The notes: a model not told the origin generated them from the letters alone. Positions 8,030 to 18,288 are shown, counted from the stretch's first letter. The stretch: 64,000 nt of DNA from Dehalococcoidia bacterium (GCA_034421135.1 DAOUKQ010000005.1:5408-69407); one strand, 5' to 3'. A program made the numbers and translations.

Positions 8030-10912
8030 CTAGCCGGTGTTGCGGAGGCCGGCGGCGACTCCGTTGATGCTGCGCAGGATGGCTTCCAGGGTTTCGGCGT
8101 ACTCGGGGTCGTCGTCCGGGAGGTCCCGGATGCGGCCGAGCAGATCGACCTGGAGGAAGCTCAGCGCATCGACGTAGGGGTTGCGCAGCGCGATCGAGCG
8201 TTGCAGCACCGGCGTGTCGTCGAGCAGCCGCTCCTGCTCCGACAGTCGATTGACCGAGGCGACGGTGCGGTTGAACTCGTCTCGGAGGCGATTGAAGGTC
8301 CGCAGATCCTGGTCGCCGTTGCCCAGCGTGCGGGCGTAGTGCTCGGCGACATCGAAGTCCGCCTTGGCCATCACCATTTCGACGTTTGACAGCAGCGTGG
8401 CGAAGAACGGCCAGCGCGCTCGCATGTCCTTGAGCAACGCCTCGCCCGAGTCGCCGTGACGCTCGATGAACTGCTCAATGGCCGTGCCGACGCCCATCCA
8501 GCCGGTAATCACATGCCGCGTCTGCATCCAGGCGAAGACCCAGGGGATCGCCCGCAGCGAGGTGAGGGTCGCGTCCGAGCCGGGCCGGAATGTCGGGCGC
8601 GAACCGATCGCGAGGTTGCCCAGCAGACCGATCGGCGTGACACGCTGGAAGTAGGCGTGCAGATCGGGGTTGTCGACGACCTCCTCGCGATAGGCTCGCT
8701 CGGCCGTGGCCGAGAGTTCGTCCATGACGGCGTGATAGCGGTCCCGCTCGGCGTCCGGCGTATCGTCGTGGTCGCGATCGAAGCGCTTGACCAGCGACGC
8801 GGCGAGCGTCTGCTCGAGGTTCCACTTGGCCAGTCCGGGCATGCCGTACGTGAACTGGATCATCTCGCCCTGCTCGGTGAACTTGATCCCGCCTTCGGTT
8901 GTGTGCGGCGGGAGCGCGAGAATCGCATCGTGCGAGGGTCCGCCGCCGCGACTCACCGTGCCGCCGCGACCGTGGAAGAACATCAGCTTGACGCCCGCTT
9001 CGCGGGCGACCTCGTGCATCAGGTCCTGGGCGCGGTACAGGCCCCAGAGCGACGGCAGCACGCCGGCGTCTTTGGCCGAGTCGGAATAGCCGACCATGAC
9101 TTCCTGCAAGTCGCCGTGCGCCTTGAGGTGGCGTCGGTAGGCGCCGTGCAAGAACAGTGAGCGCAGCACCGACGGCGCGCGATTGAGATCCGGCACCCGC
9201 TCGAACAGTGGCGCGATGCGGATCTGTCCGCCCGGCGCGCGCAGGTTGATGTCGTTGAGGCCCGCCTGCCGCGCCAGCAGCACCGGCGCGAGCACGTCGG
9301 CGGCGGTCTCGCTCATCGAAACGATGCAGGTCTGCATCGCTTCCCGTCCACAGATGCGCTGGATGCGTCGGGCGGTGCGGAACCGCCGCAGCGTCTCGTC
9401 GTCGTGCGTCGATATCGCGTGGCCGACGGGGAAGTAGTCGCGATCCAGCTCGCCGGCGAGGAACGCCTCGCGCTGGTCCTTGTTCAGTTCGAGGTAGCTG
9501 CCGCCCGGAGGTTGGATGTCGAGGCCGGTCAACACGGCGTCGGCGGCTGTGTGGAACCGGTCCGCGTGGTCGCGAATATCGAGCGTGGCTAGGTGGAAGC
9601 CGAAGGATCGGGCGCGGTCGATCAATGGTTGGACCACCGTTTCGGCGCCGGCGTTCGCGCCGTGAAGCCTGAGGCTTTCGGCTATCGCCTCCAGGTCTTC
9701 GACGTACTCCTGCGGCGAGTCGTAGGCTGCGCCGTCGGGCTCTTCAATGCTGAGCCGGGCGTCGTGAATGCTGGCGGCGCGGGAGTCGAGCAGCGCGTGA
9801 TCGGCCGCCAAGGTGGCCTCCAGCCGCGCCGCCATGTAGCGGACCTTGTGCCGGTAACGCTCGGCCTGGTTGCGGCGCTCGAGCCGTTCCTCGACCCGAG
9901 GCATCCGCCTTGCGTCGCGCCGCAGCGACTCCTCGAAGTCCGCCGATGCCGCGACGCGCCTCACGGAGTGGGGCAGCATCGTATCCATCGACCGAACAGC
10001 CTGCAGGTGCATCCGCAAGACACGGGCGCGCATGGTCAGCGCGGTTTGCCAGGTCAGATCGGGCGTGACGTTTGGGTTCCCGTCGGCGTCGCCGCCCATC
10101 CAGGAGCCGAGCACGACCGGAGCCGGCGCGTCCTGCGGACTGACGCCGGTGGCCTGACGGAATCTTCGCGTCACATCCGGCACGGCGTCCCAGAGCGTGG
10201 TCTCGAAGGTGCGCATCAGCAAGCGCGACTCCTCGAGCACCGTCGGCCGTCGATGGCGCAGGTGATCGGCCTGCCACAACCCTTCGATGTGCATGCGCAG
10301 GGCATTGTCGACTTCGTCCAGATCGGAGGGAATCGCGTGTTCGCGCTCCAGCAGCAGCCGATGCACGTCCTGCAGCGTCCCGAGCATGGTGAGCCGTTGC
10401 GACTCGGTCGGGTGCGCGGTGAACACCGGTTGCAGGTGAATGTCGGCGGACTGGGACCGGATCGTCGACTCGTCCAGGCCGCGCGAGATGAGTTGTTCGA
10501 CCACGGCCGGGATCGATCGCGGCGCGGCGTGCGAGTTCGAGGATCGCAGCCGCCTGCGCCGGATCCGGTGCGCTTCCTCGGCCGTGTTGGTCAGCAGGAA
10601 GTAGGTCAGGAAGGCGTTGCCGACCTCGGCCGCGAGCCACAACGGCCAGCCGCGAACCAGGTCCACGATCTCGGCCGTGAGCTGCGGTTCGGGGTCCTGG
10701 CGGACGCCGCGGCGTCGTTGGGCGAGGCTCCTGAGCTGTTCGACGGCATTGAACACCTCTTCGCCGTCAACCCGTCGGATCGTGTTGCCCAGCAGGCTGC
10801 TGAGCAGGCGAACGTCGGCCGCCAGCGGCGCATCGACCAGGCGTCGGTCTTGATTGGCTTGCGCTGCCGCCTCAATCGTCGTGCGAGCGGTTGCCGGTCG
10901 TTGTGAGGTCAC
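8030..10912 (-). CDS. ppc: Phosphoenolpyruvate carboxylase (bacterial type)
   Basis: VFTAHPTE, SWMGGDADGNP, QEVMVGYSDSAKDAG, FHGRGGTVSRGGGP, TEQGE, LRAIPWVFAW, LRNPY and C-terminal LRNTG. Confidence 0.95.
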   Translation of the reverse strand: MTSQRPATARTTIEAAAQANQDRRLVDAPLAADVRLLSSLLGNTIRRVDGEEVFNAVEQLRSLAQRRRGVRQDPEPQLTAEIVDLVRGWPLWLAAEVGNAFLTYFLLTNTAEEAHRIRRRRLRSSNSHAAPRSIPAVVEQLISRGLDESTIRSQSADIHLQPVFTAHPTESQRLTMLGTLQDVHRLLLEREHAIPSDLDEVDNALRMHIEGLWQADHLRHRRPTVLEESRLLMRTFETTLWDAVPDVTRRFRQATGVSPQDAPAPVVLGSWMGGDADGNPNVTPDLTWQTALTMRARVLRMHLQAVRSMDTMLPHSVRRVAASADFEESLRRDARRMPRVEERLERRNQAERYRHKVRYMAARLEATLAADHALLDSRAASIHDARLSIEEPDGAAYDSPQEYVEDLEAIAESLRLHGANAGAETVVQPLIDRARSFGFHLATLDIRDHADRFHTAADAVLTGLDIQPPGGSYLELNKDQREAFLAGELDRDYFPVGHAISTHDDETLRRFRTARRIQRICGREAMQTCIVSMSETAADVLAPVLLARQAGLNDINLRAPGGQIRIAPLFERVPDLNRAPSVLRSLFLHGAYRRHLKAHGDLQEVMVGYSDSAKDAGVLPSLWGLYRAQDLMHEVAREAGVKLMFFHGRGGTVSRGGGPSHDAILALPPHTTEGGIKFTEQGEMIQFTYGMPGLAKWNLEQTLAASLVKRFDRDHDDTPDAERDRYHAVMDELSATAERAYREEVVDNPDLHAYFQRVTPIGLLGNLAIGSRPTFRPGSDATLTSLRAIPWVFAWMQTRHVITGWMGVGTAIEQFIERHGDSGEALLKDMRARWPFFATLLSNVEMVMAKADFDVAEHYARTLGNGDQDLRTFNRLRDEFNRTVASVNRLSEQERLLDDTPVLQRSIALRNPYVDALSFLQVDLLGRIRDLPDDDPEYAETLEAILRSINGVAAGLRNTG

Positions 10913-11000
10913 GTCTCATCCTTCTCGCAGGGTCTCCGGGCGAGCTGATCTCGAATCCTCGCTTACGATGATTGCAGGTTTACTGGAACATGGGGCAACG

Positions 11001-12971
11001 ATGAGTGAACATTCGCGGAAACCGACCATCGCACCGTACGGATCCTGGGAGTCGCCGGTCGCGACCGAGATGCTGACCCAGGGTGCGCTTCGGTTCGACG
11101 AACTCGATGTCGACGGCGAGGACCTCTACTGGGTCGAGTCGCGGCCCGACGAGCGCGGTCGCTACGCGGCGATGCGCTACTCGGCATCGGGCGAGCTGAG
11201 CGAAGTCACCACGGCCAACTACAGCGCACGCACGCTGGTCCACGAGTACGGCGGCGGTTCGCTGGCGGTCTCGAACGGGGTCGCCTACTTCTCGAACTTC
11301 GGCGATCAACGCCTGTACCGGCGCAGCGTGGACGGTTCCGAGGATCCGGTGCCGCTGACCGCCGAGATTCCCGTGCGCTACGCCGACGCGACGGTCGATG
11401 ACGAGCGCGGTCGGCTGATCTGCGTCGCCGAAGACCATCGCCGAGAAGGTCTGGAGGCTGAGAACTACCTGGCCTCAATTCCAACCGACGGCAGCGCTGC
11501 CGACTCTGAGGAAATCACGCGGTTACACGAAGGCTTCGATTTCTGTTCCTCGCCGCGACTCAGTCCCGACGGTCGCCGTCTTGCCTGGATTGTCTGGAAC
11601 CACCCCAACATGCCCTGGGACGCGACCGAACTGTGGCTGGCCGAGGTCGCCTCGAACGGCTCGCTGCTCTCGCCGCGCAGGATCGCCGGCGATGCCAAGG
11701 GCGATGTCTCGATCATCGAGCCGCGCTGGGGTCCGGACGGGACGCTCTACTGCGTCTCCGACGAGTCGGGCTGGTGGAACATTCATCGGTTCGCAGACGG
11801 CGCGCTGACGCCTGTGCTAAGCGTCGAGGCGGAGTTTGGCCAGCCGCAGTGGGAGTTCTCAATGTCGACCTACGCCGTGCTCGACGAGCATCGGCTGGTC
11901 GCGCAGTATGGCAACGCCGATGGCCGCAAGGTCGGCCTGATCGACGTGCGCTCCGGCGAACTGACCGAGATTCCCACGCCGTTCACCACATTCGGATTCT
12001 TCACCACCGCATGCGCCGGACGGCTGATCTGCGCGCCTGCGAGTTCCGAGGTCGGCGCGGCGATCGTGGCGATCGATGTCGAGAGCGGCGAGATCGAGAC
12101 GCTGCAAGCCTCGACCGGTCCGGAACTGGATCCCGCGTACTTCTCCCGGGCCGAAGCGATTACTTATCCGACAGCCGGTGGACTCGTCTCGCACGCCTAC
12201 TACTACCCGCCGACCAATCCAGACTTCCAGGGTCCCGAGGGCGAGTTGCCGCCGCTGGTGACCTTCATTCACGGCGGCCCGACCAGCGCCACCAATCCCG
12301 GATTCAGCCTGGCCATCCAGTATTGGACCACGCGAGGATTCGCTGTGGTCGACGTGAACTATCGAGGTTCGACCGGCTACGGCACCGAGTACCGGCGACA
12401 GCTCAACGGCAACTGGGGGATCGCCGACCGCGAAGACTGCGAGGCCGCGGCGCTCTACCTGGTCGAGCGCGGCGATGTCGATCCGGCGAGGCTGGCGATC
12501 CGAGGCGGCTCCGCCGGCGGATACACGACGCTCTGCGCGCTCACGTTCGGCGAGGTGTTCACCGCCGGAGCGTCCTACTACGGCGTCTCCGACGCGGCGG
12601 CACTGGCGGAGGACACGCACAAGTTCGAGTCGCGTTACCTCGACTCGCTGATTGGTCCGTATCCCGAACGGGCGGAGTTGTATCAGCAGCGCTCGCCGGT
12701 TCACGCGGTGGAACGGCTCTCCTGCCCGATCATCTTCCTGCAGGGTCTGGAGGACAAAATCGTTCCGCCCAATCAGGCCGAGCGCATGGTCGATGCGCTG
12801 CGCAAGAAGGGGCTGCCGGTCGCGTACATCGCCTTCGAGGGCGAACAGCACGGCTTCCGACAGGCCGCCAACATCCAGCGCGCGACCGAAGCGGAGCTCG
12901 ACTTCTACGGGCGCATCTTCGGATTCAGCCCGGCCGGCGAAATCGAGCCGGTTGAGATTGAGAACCTGTAG
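11001..12971 (+). CDS. S9 family peptidase (prolyl oligopeptidase/acylaminoacyl-peptidase-like)
   Basis: APYGSWESP N-terminus, HGGPT, DVNYRGSTGYG, GGSAGG (Ser), EDKIVPP (Asp) and EQHGF (His). Confidence 0.92.
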   Translation: MSEHSRKPTIAPYGSWESPVATEMLTQGALRFDELDVDGEDLYWVESRPDERGRYAAMRYSASGELSEVTTANYSARTLVHEYGGGSLAVSNGVAYFSNFGDQRLYRRSVDGSEDPVPLTAEIPVRYADATVDDERGRLICVAEDHRREGLEAENYLASIPTDGSAADSEEITRLHEGFDFCSSPRLSPDGRRLAWIVWNHPNMPWDATELWLAEVASNGSLLSPRRIAGDAKGDVSIIEPRWGPDGTLYCVSDESGWWNIHRFADGALTPVLSVEAEFGQPQWEFSMSTYAVLDEHRLVAQYGNADGRKVGLIDVRSGELTEIPTPFTTFGFFTTACAGRLICAPASSEVGAAIVAIDVESGEIETLQASTGPELDPAYFSRAEAITYPTAGGLVSHAYYYPPTNPDFQGPEGELPPLVTFIHGGPTSATNPGFSLAIQYWTTRGFAVVDVNYRGSTGYGTEYRRQLNGNWGIADREDCEAAALYLVERGDVDPARLAIRGGSAGGYTTLCALTFGEVFTAGASYYGVSDAAALAEDTHKFESRYLDSLIGPYPERAELYQQRSPVHAVERLSCPIIFLQGLEDKIVPPNQAERMVDALRKKGLPVAYIAFEGEQHGFRQAANIQRATEAELDFYGRIFGFSPAGEIEPVEIENL

Positions 12972-14387
12972 ATGCCGGAGATCCACGAGCTATCCGCTGG
13001 CGACCTGCGCGAGGCCTACGACTCGCGCCGCCTCTCGCCAATCGAGGTCGTTGAGGCGCTGTACGACCGCATCGACGCGCTGGAACCGTCGCTGCACGCG
13101 TTCATCACGCAGACGCGCGAGTCGGCGCTGACGCAGGCTCGCGTCGCGGCGCGAGAGTGGCGATTCCGCGAGTCGGAGGAACCACCACCGCTGTTAGGCA
13201 TTCCGGTCACGATCAAGGACCTCGTCGATGTCCAGGGCGCGCCTACGACGATGGGATCGTTGGTCACGTCGCGCCAACCGGCGCCGCGAGACGAACTGTT
13301 CGTCGAGCGCCTGCGAGAGGCGGGCGCGGTCTTTCTCGGCAAGACCAACACCTCGGAGTTCGGACTGGCGGCGCAGACGATGAATCGGTTGGGCGAACCG
13401 ACCGCGAATCCCTGGAACCTCGATCACACCGCCGGCGGATCGAGCGGCGGCGCGGCTGCTGCCTGCGCCGCCGGATACGGACCGCTGCATCACGGCACCG
13501 ACGGCGGCGGCTCGGTCCGCGTGCCGGCCGCCTACTGCGGCGTGGTCGGGATCAAGCCGACCGGCAGGCGCATTCCGCGCCGCGTGCGCGGCGCGGGCAT
13601 GTCGCAGATCTCCACCGATGGCGTCCTCGCCCGGACGCTGAAGGATGCCGCGCTGATGCTCAGCGTCATAACGGGTGAGGACTCGCGAGATCCGGCGGCT
13701 TATTGCTCAGGACCGATCGACTTCACGCCGTTCGCCGAGCCCGGGTCGCTGGACGGCGTTCGCATTGGGTGGACGACCACGCTCGGCTGGCCGACGCCGT
13801 GCGAACCGGAGATTGCCCAGCGCGTCGCTGAGGCAGCCGACGTGATGCAGGCGGCGGGAGCGACGGTCGAGGAGGCGTCGCCGCCGATCAGCGACCCGAA
13901 CGAGGTCTTCCCGACGCTCTCGGTTGTTGGCGCGGCCGCAAACTACGGGAGAATGTGCGTCGGACGCGAAGACGACCTCAGCGACTACACACGAGGAAGC
14001 CTGAGACGCGGCAGCGGCCTGACTGGAATGCAAGTCGCAGACGTATATGCGGCGCTCGATCGCCTGAGACGGCAAATGGACGCTTGGTTTGACGTGTACG
14101 ACGTACTCCTCACGCCGACCAGCGCCATCCCTGCGCCCGGACATGGCGAGCGCATCGAGGAAATCGCCGGCGCGTCGGTCAGTCCCTGGACGACCTCGAT
14201 CCTCTACACGCCGCTGGCCAACCTGATCCAGGCGCCGGCGATCGCGATGCCTGCCGGTCTGGGGAACGACGCGTTGCCGCTATCGGTGCAAGTCGTGGCG
14301 CGCGAGGGCAATGACGCCATGGCGATTCGCTGCGCCGCCCTTCTGGAAGACGCCGGCTTTGGCGCTACTCGTCTAGCACCAGTGTGA
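12972..14387 (+). CDS. Amidase-signature family amidase
   Basis: GIPVTIKDL, GKTNTSEF, GGSSGGAAAA and GTDGGGSVRVPA (Ser-cisSer-Lys triad). Confidence 0.9.
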   Translation: MPEIHELSAGDLREAYDSRRLSPIEVVEALYDRIDALEPSLHAFITQTRESALTQARVAAREWRFRESEEPPPLLGIPVTIKDLVDVQGAPTTMGSLVTSRQPAPRDELFVERLREAGAVFLGKTNTSEFGLAAQTMNRLGEPTANPWNLDHTAGGSSGGAAAACAAGYGPLHHGTDGGGSVRVPAAYCGVVGIKPTGRRIPRRVRGAGMSQISTDGVLARTLKDAALMLSVITGEDSRDPAAYCSGPIDFTPFAEPGSLDGVRIGWTTTLGWPTPCEPEIAQRVAEAADVMQAAGATVEEASPPISDPNEVFPTLSVVGAAANYGRMCVGREDDLSDYTRGSLRRGSGLTGMQVADVYAALDRLRRQMDAWFDVYDVLLTPTSAIPAPGHGERIEEIAGASVSPWTTSILYTPLANLIQAPAIAMPAGLGNDALPLSVQVVAREGNDAMAIRCAALLEDAGFGATRLAPV

Positions 14388-15141
14388 CGGGCGCGTGGTC
14401 CGACGGCTTGTCGCCGTCGCCCTCCCTTCGCCGCTCGTCAACATCGATCTCGACCGCCGACGCTCGCTCGACCAGTGGCGCGCTGATCAGATGATGATCG
14501 ATGCGCAGTCCCACGCCTTGCATCACTCCGCCCGTCCGGTAATCCCACCACGTGTAGACCTGGTCCGACTCGTCGAACAGCCGCAGCGCATCGGTCAGGC
14601 CCCAATCGACCAGGGCGTTCAGCCGCTCGCGTTCCGGGGTCGAGCAGAGAATCTTCTCGCGCCACGCTTCGGGATCGTGGACGTCGCGGTCGTCGAAGGT
14701 GATGTTGTAGTCGCCGGTGAGCACGATGTCGCCGGCCGTGTCCTGCTCGCCGAGCCAGGCGCGTAGCCGATCGAACCACTCAAGTTTGTAGCGGTACATC
14801 TCGTGGCCGACATCGCGCCCGTTGGGACAGTAGAGACTGACGATCCGCACGCCGCCGATATCGGCTGCGATGCCCCGCGACTGGTCGTCATCGGGCCAGG
14901 GCACGGCGACCTCGACGTTGTCGGGAAAATCTAACGAGAGGATGGCCACGCCGTTGTAGGACTTCTGCCCATGGAGCACCACGTTGTAGCCAAGGTCGTC
15001 GAAGCCGTCGAAGGGAAACTGCTCCTCGGTGCACTTGAGTTCCTGCAAGCAGAGCACGTCGGGCTGGTGCTGGTCGAGCCAGTTGAGCACGCGGTCTTCC
15101 CGCGCGCGAATCGAGTTGACGTTCCAGGTCGTGATCCTCAT
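14365..15141 (-). CDS. xth: Exodeoxyribonuclease III / AP endonuclease
   Basis: MRITTWNVNSIRAR, LCLQELK, YNGVAILS, LTGDYNI, YTWWDYR, GLRIDH and SDHAPV. Confidence 0.95.
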   Translation of the reverse strand: MRITTWNVNSIRAREDRVLNWLDQHQPDVLCLQELKCTEEQFPFDGFDDLGYNVVLHGQKSYNGVAILSLDFPDNVEVAVPWPDDDQSRGIAADIGGVRIVSLYCPNGRDVGHEMYRYKLEWFDRLRAWLGEQDTAGDIVLTGDYNITFDDRDVHDPEAWREKILCSTPERERLNALVDWGLTDALRLFDESDQVYTWWDYRTGGVMQGVGLRIDHHLISAPLVERASAVEIDVDERRREGDGDKPSDHAPVTLVLDE

Positions 15142-15920
15142 TGCGTCTTCCTCTCGCGGAATCGCTGCCAGCCATGATGCAGAATGATCCCGGCGGCCAC
15201 GTTGACATTGAGCGAGTCCACGCCCTCAGCGATGGGAACCGAGACGCGCTTATCGATCAGCGGTTGCAGCTCCGCGCTGATCCCCGTTCCTTCGTTACCG
15301 AATAGCCAGACGGCCCGCTTCGAGACGTCGATGTCCTCAAGTGGCTCGCCCGTCGCTTCCGCTGCCAGGACCGATCCGCCCGCATTGCGCAGCGCTTCGA
15401 GATCCGAGCGCAAGTCGTCCGAGCGAGCGATCGGAATCCGAAACCACGCACCGGTCGCGGCTCGGGTGACACGCGGATGCGTCGGGTCGGCGCTGCCCGG
15501 ACCCGCGATCACCCTTGCGGCCTCGAATGCAGCGGCCGAGCGGATGATCCCGCCGACGTTGCCTGCGTCCTGGATTGCGTCGAGGGCTACTACCTGCCAT
15601 GACTCGCCCAAAGGCGTAGCCAGGCCGCGCAGGTGATCCTCGACGACCGCGAAGTGACCCTGCGGCGTTCGCGTGTCGGAGAGCCGCTCGGAGTCGGCCT
15701 GACTAATCTTCAGAACCGGACACGGCGCGTTTGCCCATTCCTCCGGCGAGAGGCTGAGGATTTCGGTGATCGGCGCGGCGGAAGCCAGGGCGTCGCGGAC
15801 CAGTTTGAGACCGTCAAGCAGGAACGCTTGCTGCTCGCGGCGGCCTTTGGCCGTCTGCAACTGCTGGAGCTGGCGCAGGCGGGCGCGCGTCAGCGGCTGA
15901 TGCTGTGCTCCGCTGCCCAC
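15138..15920 (-). CDS. TrmH/SpoU family RNA methyltransferase
   Basis: LDAIQDAGNVGGIIRSA, LFGNEGTGIS and DSLNVNVAAGI. Confidence 0.9.
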   Translation of the reverse strand: MGSGAQHQPLTRARLRQLQQLQTAKGRREQQAFLLDGLKLVRDALASAAPITEILSLSPEEWANAPCPVLKISQADSERLSDTRTPQGHFAVVEDHLRGLATPLGESWQVVALDAIQDAGNVGGIIRSAAAFEAARVIAGPGSADPTHPRVTRAATGAWFRIPIARSDDLRSDLEALRNAGGSVLAAEATGEPLEDIDVSKRAVWLFGNEGTGISAELQPLIDKRVSVPIAEGVDSLNVNVAAGIILHHGWQRFRERKTQ

Positions 15921-15946
15921 GACGCCCGCCGCTCCGTGATTTCGAC

Positions 15947-16795
15947 CTAGCTGCCGTTGAACTCCGACACGACGCTCGCGTAGCGGTCGAGCAACGGAAT
16001 CACCGTACCTGCCTCGGCGGGAGGCAGGCCGAAGATGATCCGCTGGAAGCCCATGTCGATCAGGTCCTGTACCAAGGCCGGATCGGGGCCCACGCCAAAG
16101 ACGCTGCGCTGGATCGTGTCGAAGTCACGCTCGGCACGGTCGGCGGAGGCGCGGAGCTGCTCCATGTCGGCGCGCAGGTCGCCGCGGCCGTTGATCGGCA
16201 GCCAGCCGTCGCAATAGTCGACAACCCGGTCGAAGGCCCACTTCGACTGCGCGCCGAGCAGGATCGGGACATCGCCGTCAACCGGCTTCGGATAGCTCCA
16301 GACCGGGTCGAAGTCGATGAACTCGCCGTGGTACTCGGGCTCGTCATTGCTCCAGAGCTCGCGCCAGGCGAGCACGATCTCTCGGGTCACCTTCCAGCGG
16401 TCCTTGAAGTTCCAGCCGTGATTCTCCAGCTCCTCGGCGTTCCAGCCAGCGCCGATGCCGAGAATCAGGCGACCGCCGGAGATCATGTCCAGCGACGCAG
16501 CCGACTTGGCCGCGACGAGCACATCGTGCTCGGGAACGAGCAGGATGCCGGTACCAACCTTGATCGTCTCGGTCGCCGCTGCGGCGGCCATGAGCGAGAC
16601 AAACGGGTCGTGCGTGTGCCAGTACTCCTGGGGCAGATCGCCGCCGCCCGGCCAGGGCGAGATGCGCGAGGTGGGAATGTGCGTGTGCTCGGGGAACCAG
16701 AGCGACTCGAATCCGCGCGCTTCCACCTCGCGGCCAAGCTCGGGGGGTTGAATCGCATAGTCGGTGGGGAACATCGATACGCCGAAGTCGGTCAT
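15947..16795 (-). CDS. LLM class F420-dependent oxidoreductase (Rv2161c-like)
   Basis: GFESLWFPEHTHIP, DPFVSLMAAAAAT, SGGRLILGIGAGWNAEE and DGWLP. Confidence 0.88.
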   Translation of the reverse strand: MTDFGVSMFPTDYAIQPPELGREVEARGFESLWFPEHTHIPTSRISPWPGGGDLPQEYWHTHDPFVSLMAAAAATETIKVGTGILLVPEHDVLVAAKSAASLDMISGGRLILGIGAGWNAEELENHGWNFKDRWKVTREIVLAWRELWSNDEPEYHGEFIDFDPVWSYPKPVDGDVPILLGAQSKWAFDRVVDYCDGWLPINGRGDLRADMEQLRASADRAERDFDTIQRSVFGVGPDPALVQDLIDMGFQRIIFGLPPAEAGTVIPLLDRYASVVSEFNGS

Positions 16796-16883
16796 GAACT
16801 GTCCTGTCTATCAGCCTGCATCGGCCTGCATTGGTGCGGGACTGAGCATATCGGCTGCGCTCAGGGGATAGGTTAGCGGGCGA

Positions 16884-17411
16884 TCAGATCGTCAGACCGC
16901 CCAGACCGAGCAGTCCGCGGGCGTGCTCCACCTCGCCGACGTGGCGGTAGCCGTGGAAGAGCAGCATGCCGGTCAGCGCCTGCCAGGTCGACATCGGCGG
17001 CGTCGGGCGGATCACGATCTCGCTGTCAAGGTCGTCGGCGTTCAGGCTCGCGACCCACTCGCGCGTGGCGACCCAGACCTGCTGCTGATAGCTCAGCCAA
17101 CCCTCGACATCGTTGAGCAGCACGGCGTCGGCCTCTTCCTTGGTCATGCCGGTGCCCTGCGATGTCCGGTGCAGGCCGAAGTGCTGATCCCATTCGCCGT
17201 TGATCCAGACCGTCGGCTGTCGTTGGGCGACCCAGTTGACGATGTTGTCCTCGGTGCGGACATAATGCCAGAGCGAGAAGAACGCGCTCACGCCCTCGCC
17301 GGCCGGACGAGCGTTCCATTGCTCGGCGGTCATGTCGGGGACTGCCTTGTCGAGCATCCCGTGCATACCGTCAAGTCCCTGCTGGATCACTTCAAGCTGG
17401 GTCAGATTCAT
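16884..17411 (-). CDS. DinB family protein
   Basis: WHYVRTED and HGYRHVGE His motifs of the DinB/YfiT four-helix bundle. GGAG SD. Confidence 0.75.
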   Translation of the reverse strand: MNLTQLEVIQQGLDGMHGMLDKAVPDMTAEQWNARPAGEGVSAFFSLWHYVRTEDNIVNWVAQRQPTVWINGEWDQHFGLHRTSQGTGMTKEEADAVLLNDVEGWLSYQQQVWVATREWVASLNADDLDSEIVIRPTPPMSTWQALTGMLLFHGYRHVGEVEHARGLLGLGGLTI

Positions 17412-17497
17412 GGCGCGTCTCCCGGCGTGTCAGGCGGTGTATCAGGCACAGTGCGAACGGGCTGATCATATCCTGAGGCCGGAGCGAGGAGTCGATT

Positions 17498-17803
17498 ATG
17501 GCCAGCAGAGTCGGACCCGACGAATACCAGGAAGTGCTGCGGCACGGGACGATGTCGGTGGGCTTGTACACGCCCAAGGAGATGGACAAGCAGTCGCCGC
17601 ACGAGCAGGATGAGGTCTACATCGTCGCATCCGGCACGGGCGTCTTTGCGCTGGGCGGCGAGCGGATGGAGATCGGCCCGGGCGACGCATTTTTCGTCGG
17701 CGCCGGCGCCAGACATCGGTTCGAGGAATTCAGCGACGACCTGGCGGTCTGGGTCGTGTTCTACGGTCCCCCTGGCGGCGAGCACGGCGCCGGAGTCGGC
17801 TGA
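17498..17803 (+). CDS. Cupin domain protein
   Basis: PHEQDEVYIV...GDAFFVGAGARHRF cupin motifs. AGGAG SD and upstream TATCCT (17469-17474). Confidence 0.85.
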   Translation: MASRVGPDEYQEVLRHGTMSVGLYTPKEMDKQSPHEQDEVYIVASGTGVFALGGERMEIGPGDAFFVGAGARHRFEEFSDDLAVWVVFYGPPGGEHGAGVG

Positions 17804-18288
17804 TGGCCGAGAGCAGCACAATCCAGTCCGGGAAGCGGCTCGCTTACGAGCTCGCGCTGTGGCGGCTTGAGGAACAGCGATCGTTCGCGGCGACGCTCGA
17901 TAGCCGGCTGGGTAACGCGGTCGCGTTGGGCGCCGCTATGGTGGCGCTGCTCGGTTCGGCGCTCCTGTTCGCCGAAGGAGTGGATCGTGCGACGATTCGG
18001 CCTGTCGTACATGTAGCGGTCGGTTTGTTCATCGCCAGTGTGCTGATCTCGACGCTCGCCTATCTGACGGGACGACTACGGCTAGCGCCGAACCTACGTG
18101 AACTGATCGCGTTGTCCGAAGAGGTGAGCGACGAAGACTTGCTCGCGCTGGCGACGAACTCCCTGGCACGTGCGGTCGAAGCGAACGAACCGAGATTGTT
18201 CGCCAAGTCATGGCTCGTGAATGTGACCGTTGCTACGACTGGCTCCACTGCGGTCGTGATTGCAATCGCTGCTATTCGCGTTCTTTGA
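17803..18288 (+). CDS. Three-helix membrane protein, Pycsar-effector(DUF5706)-like
   Basis: LDSR followed by two hydrophobic helices, a soluble loop, then N...K and a third helix. TGATG overlap with the cupin. The family assignment is pattern-based only. Confidence 0.6.
   Translation: MAESSTIQSGKRLAYELALWRLEEQRSFAATLDSRLGNAVALGAAMVALLGSALLFAEGVDRATIRPVVHVAVGLFIASVLISTLAYLTGRLRLAPNLRELIALSEEVSDEDLLALATNSLARAVEANEPRLFAKSWLVNVTVATTGSTAVVIAIAAIRVL

Noticed and set aside
12972-14387. Amidase as GatA, partner of GatB
   Set aside because: It lacks GatA-specific segments such as the TR..GFG.EVKRRI region, and it is coupled to an S9 peptidase, so a generic amidase fits better.
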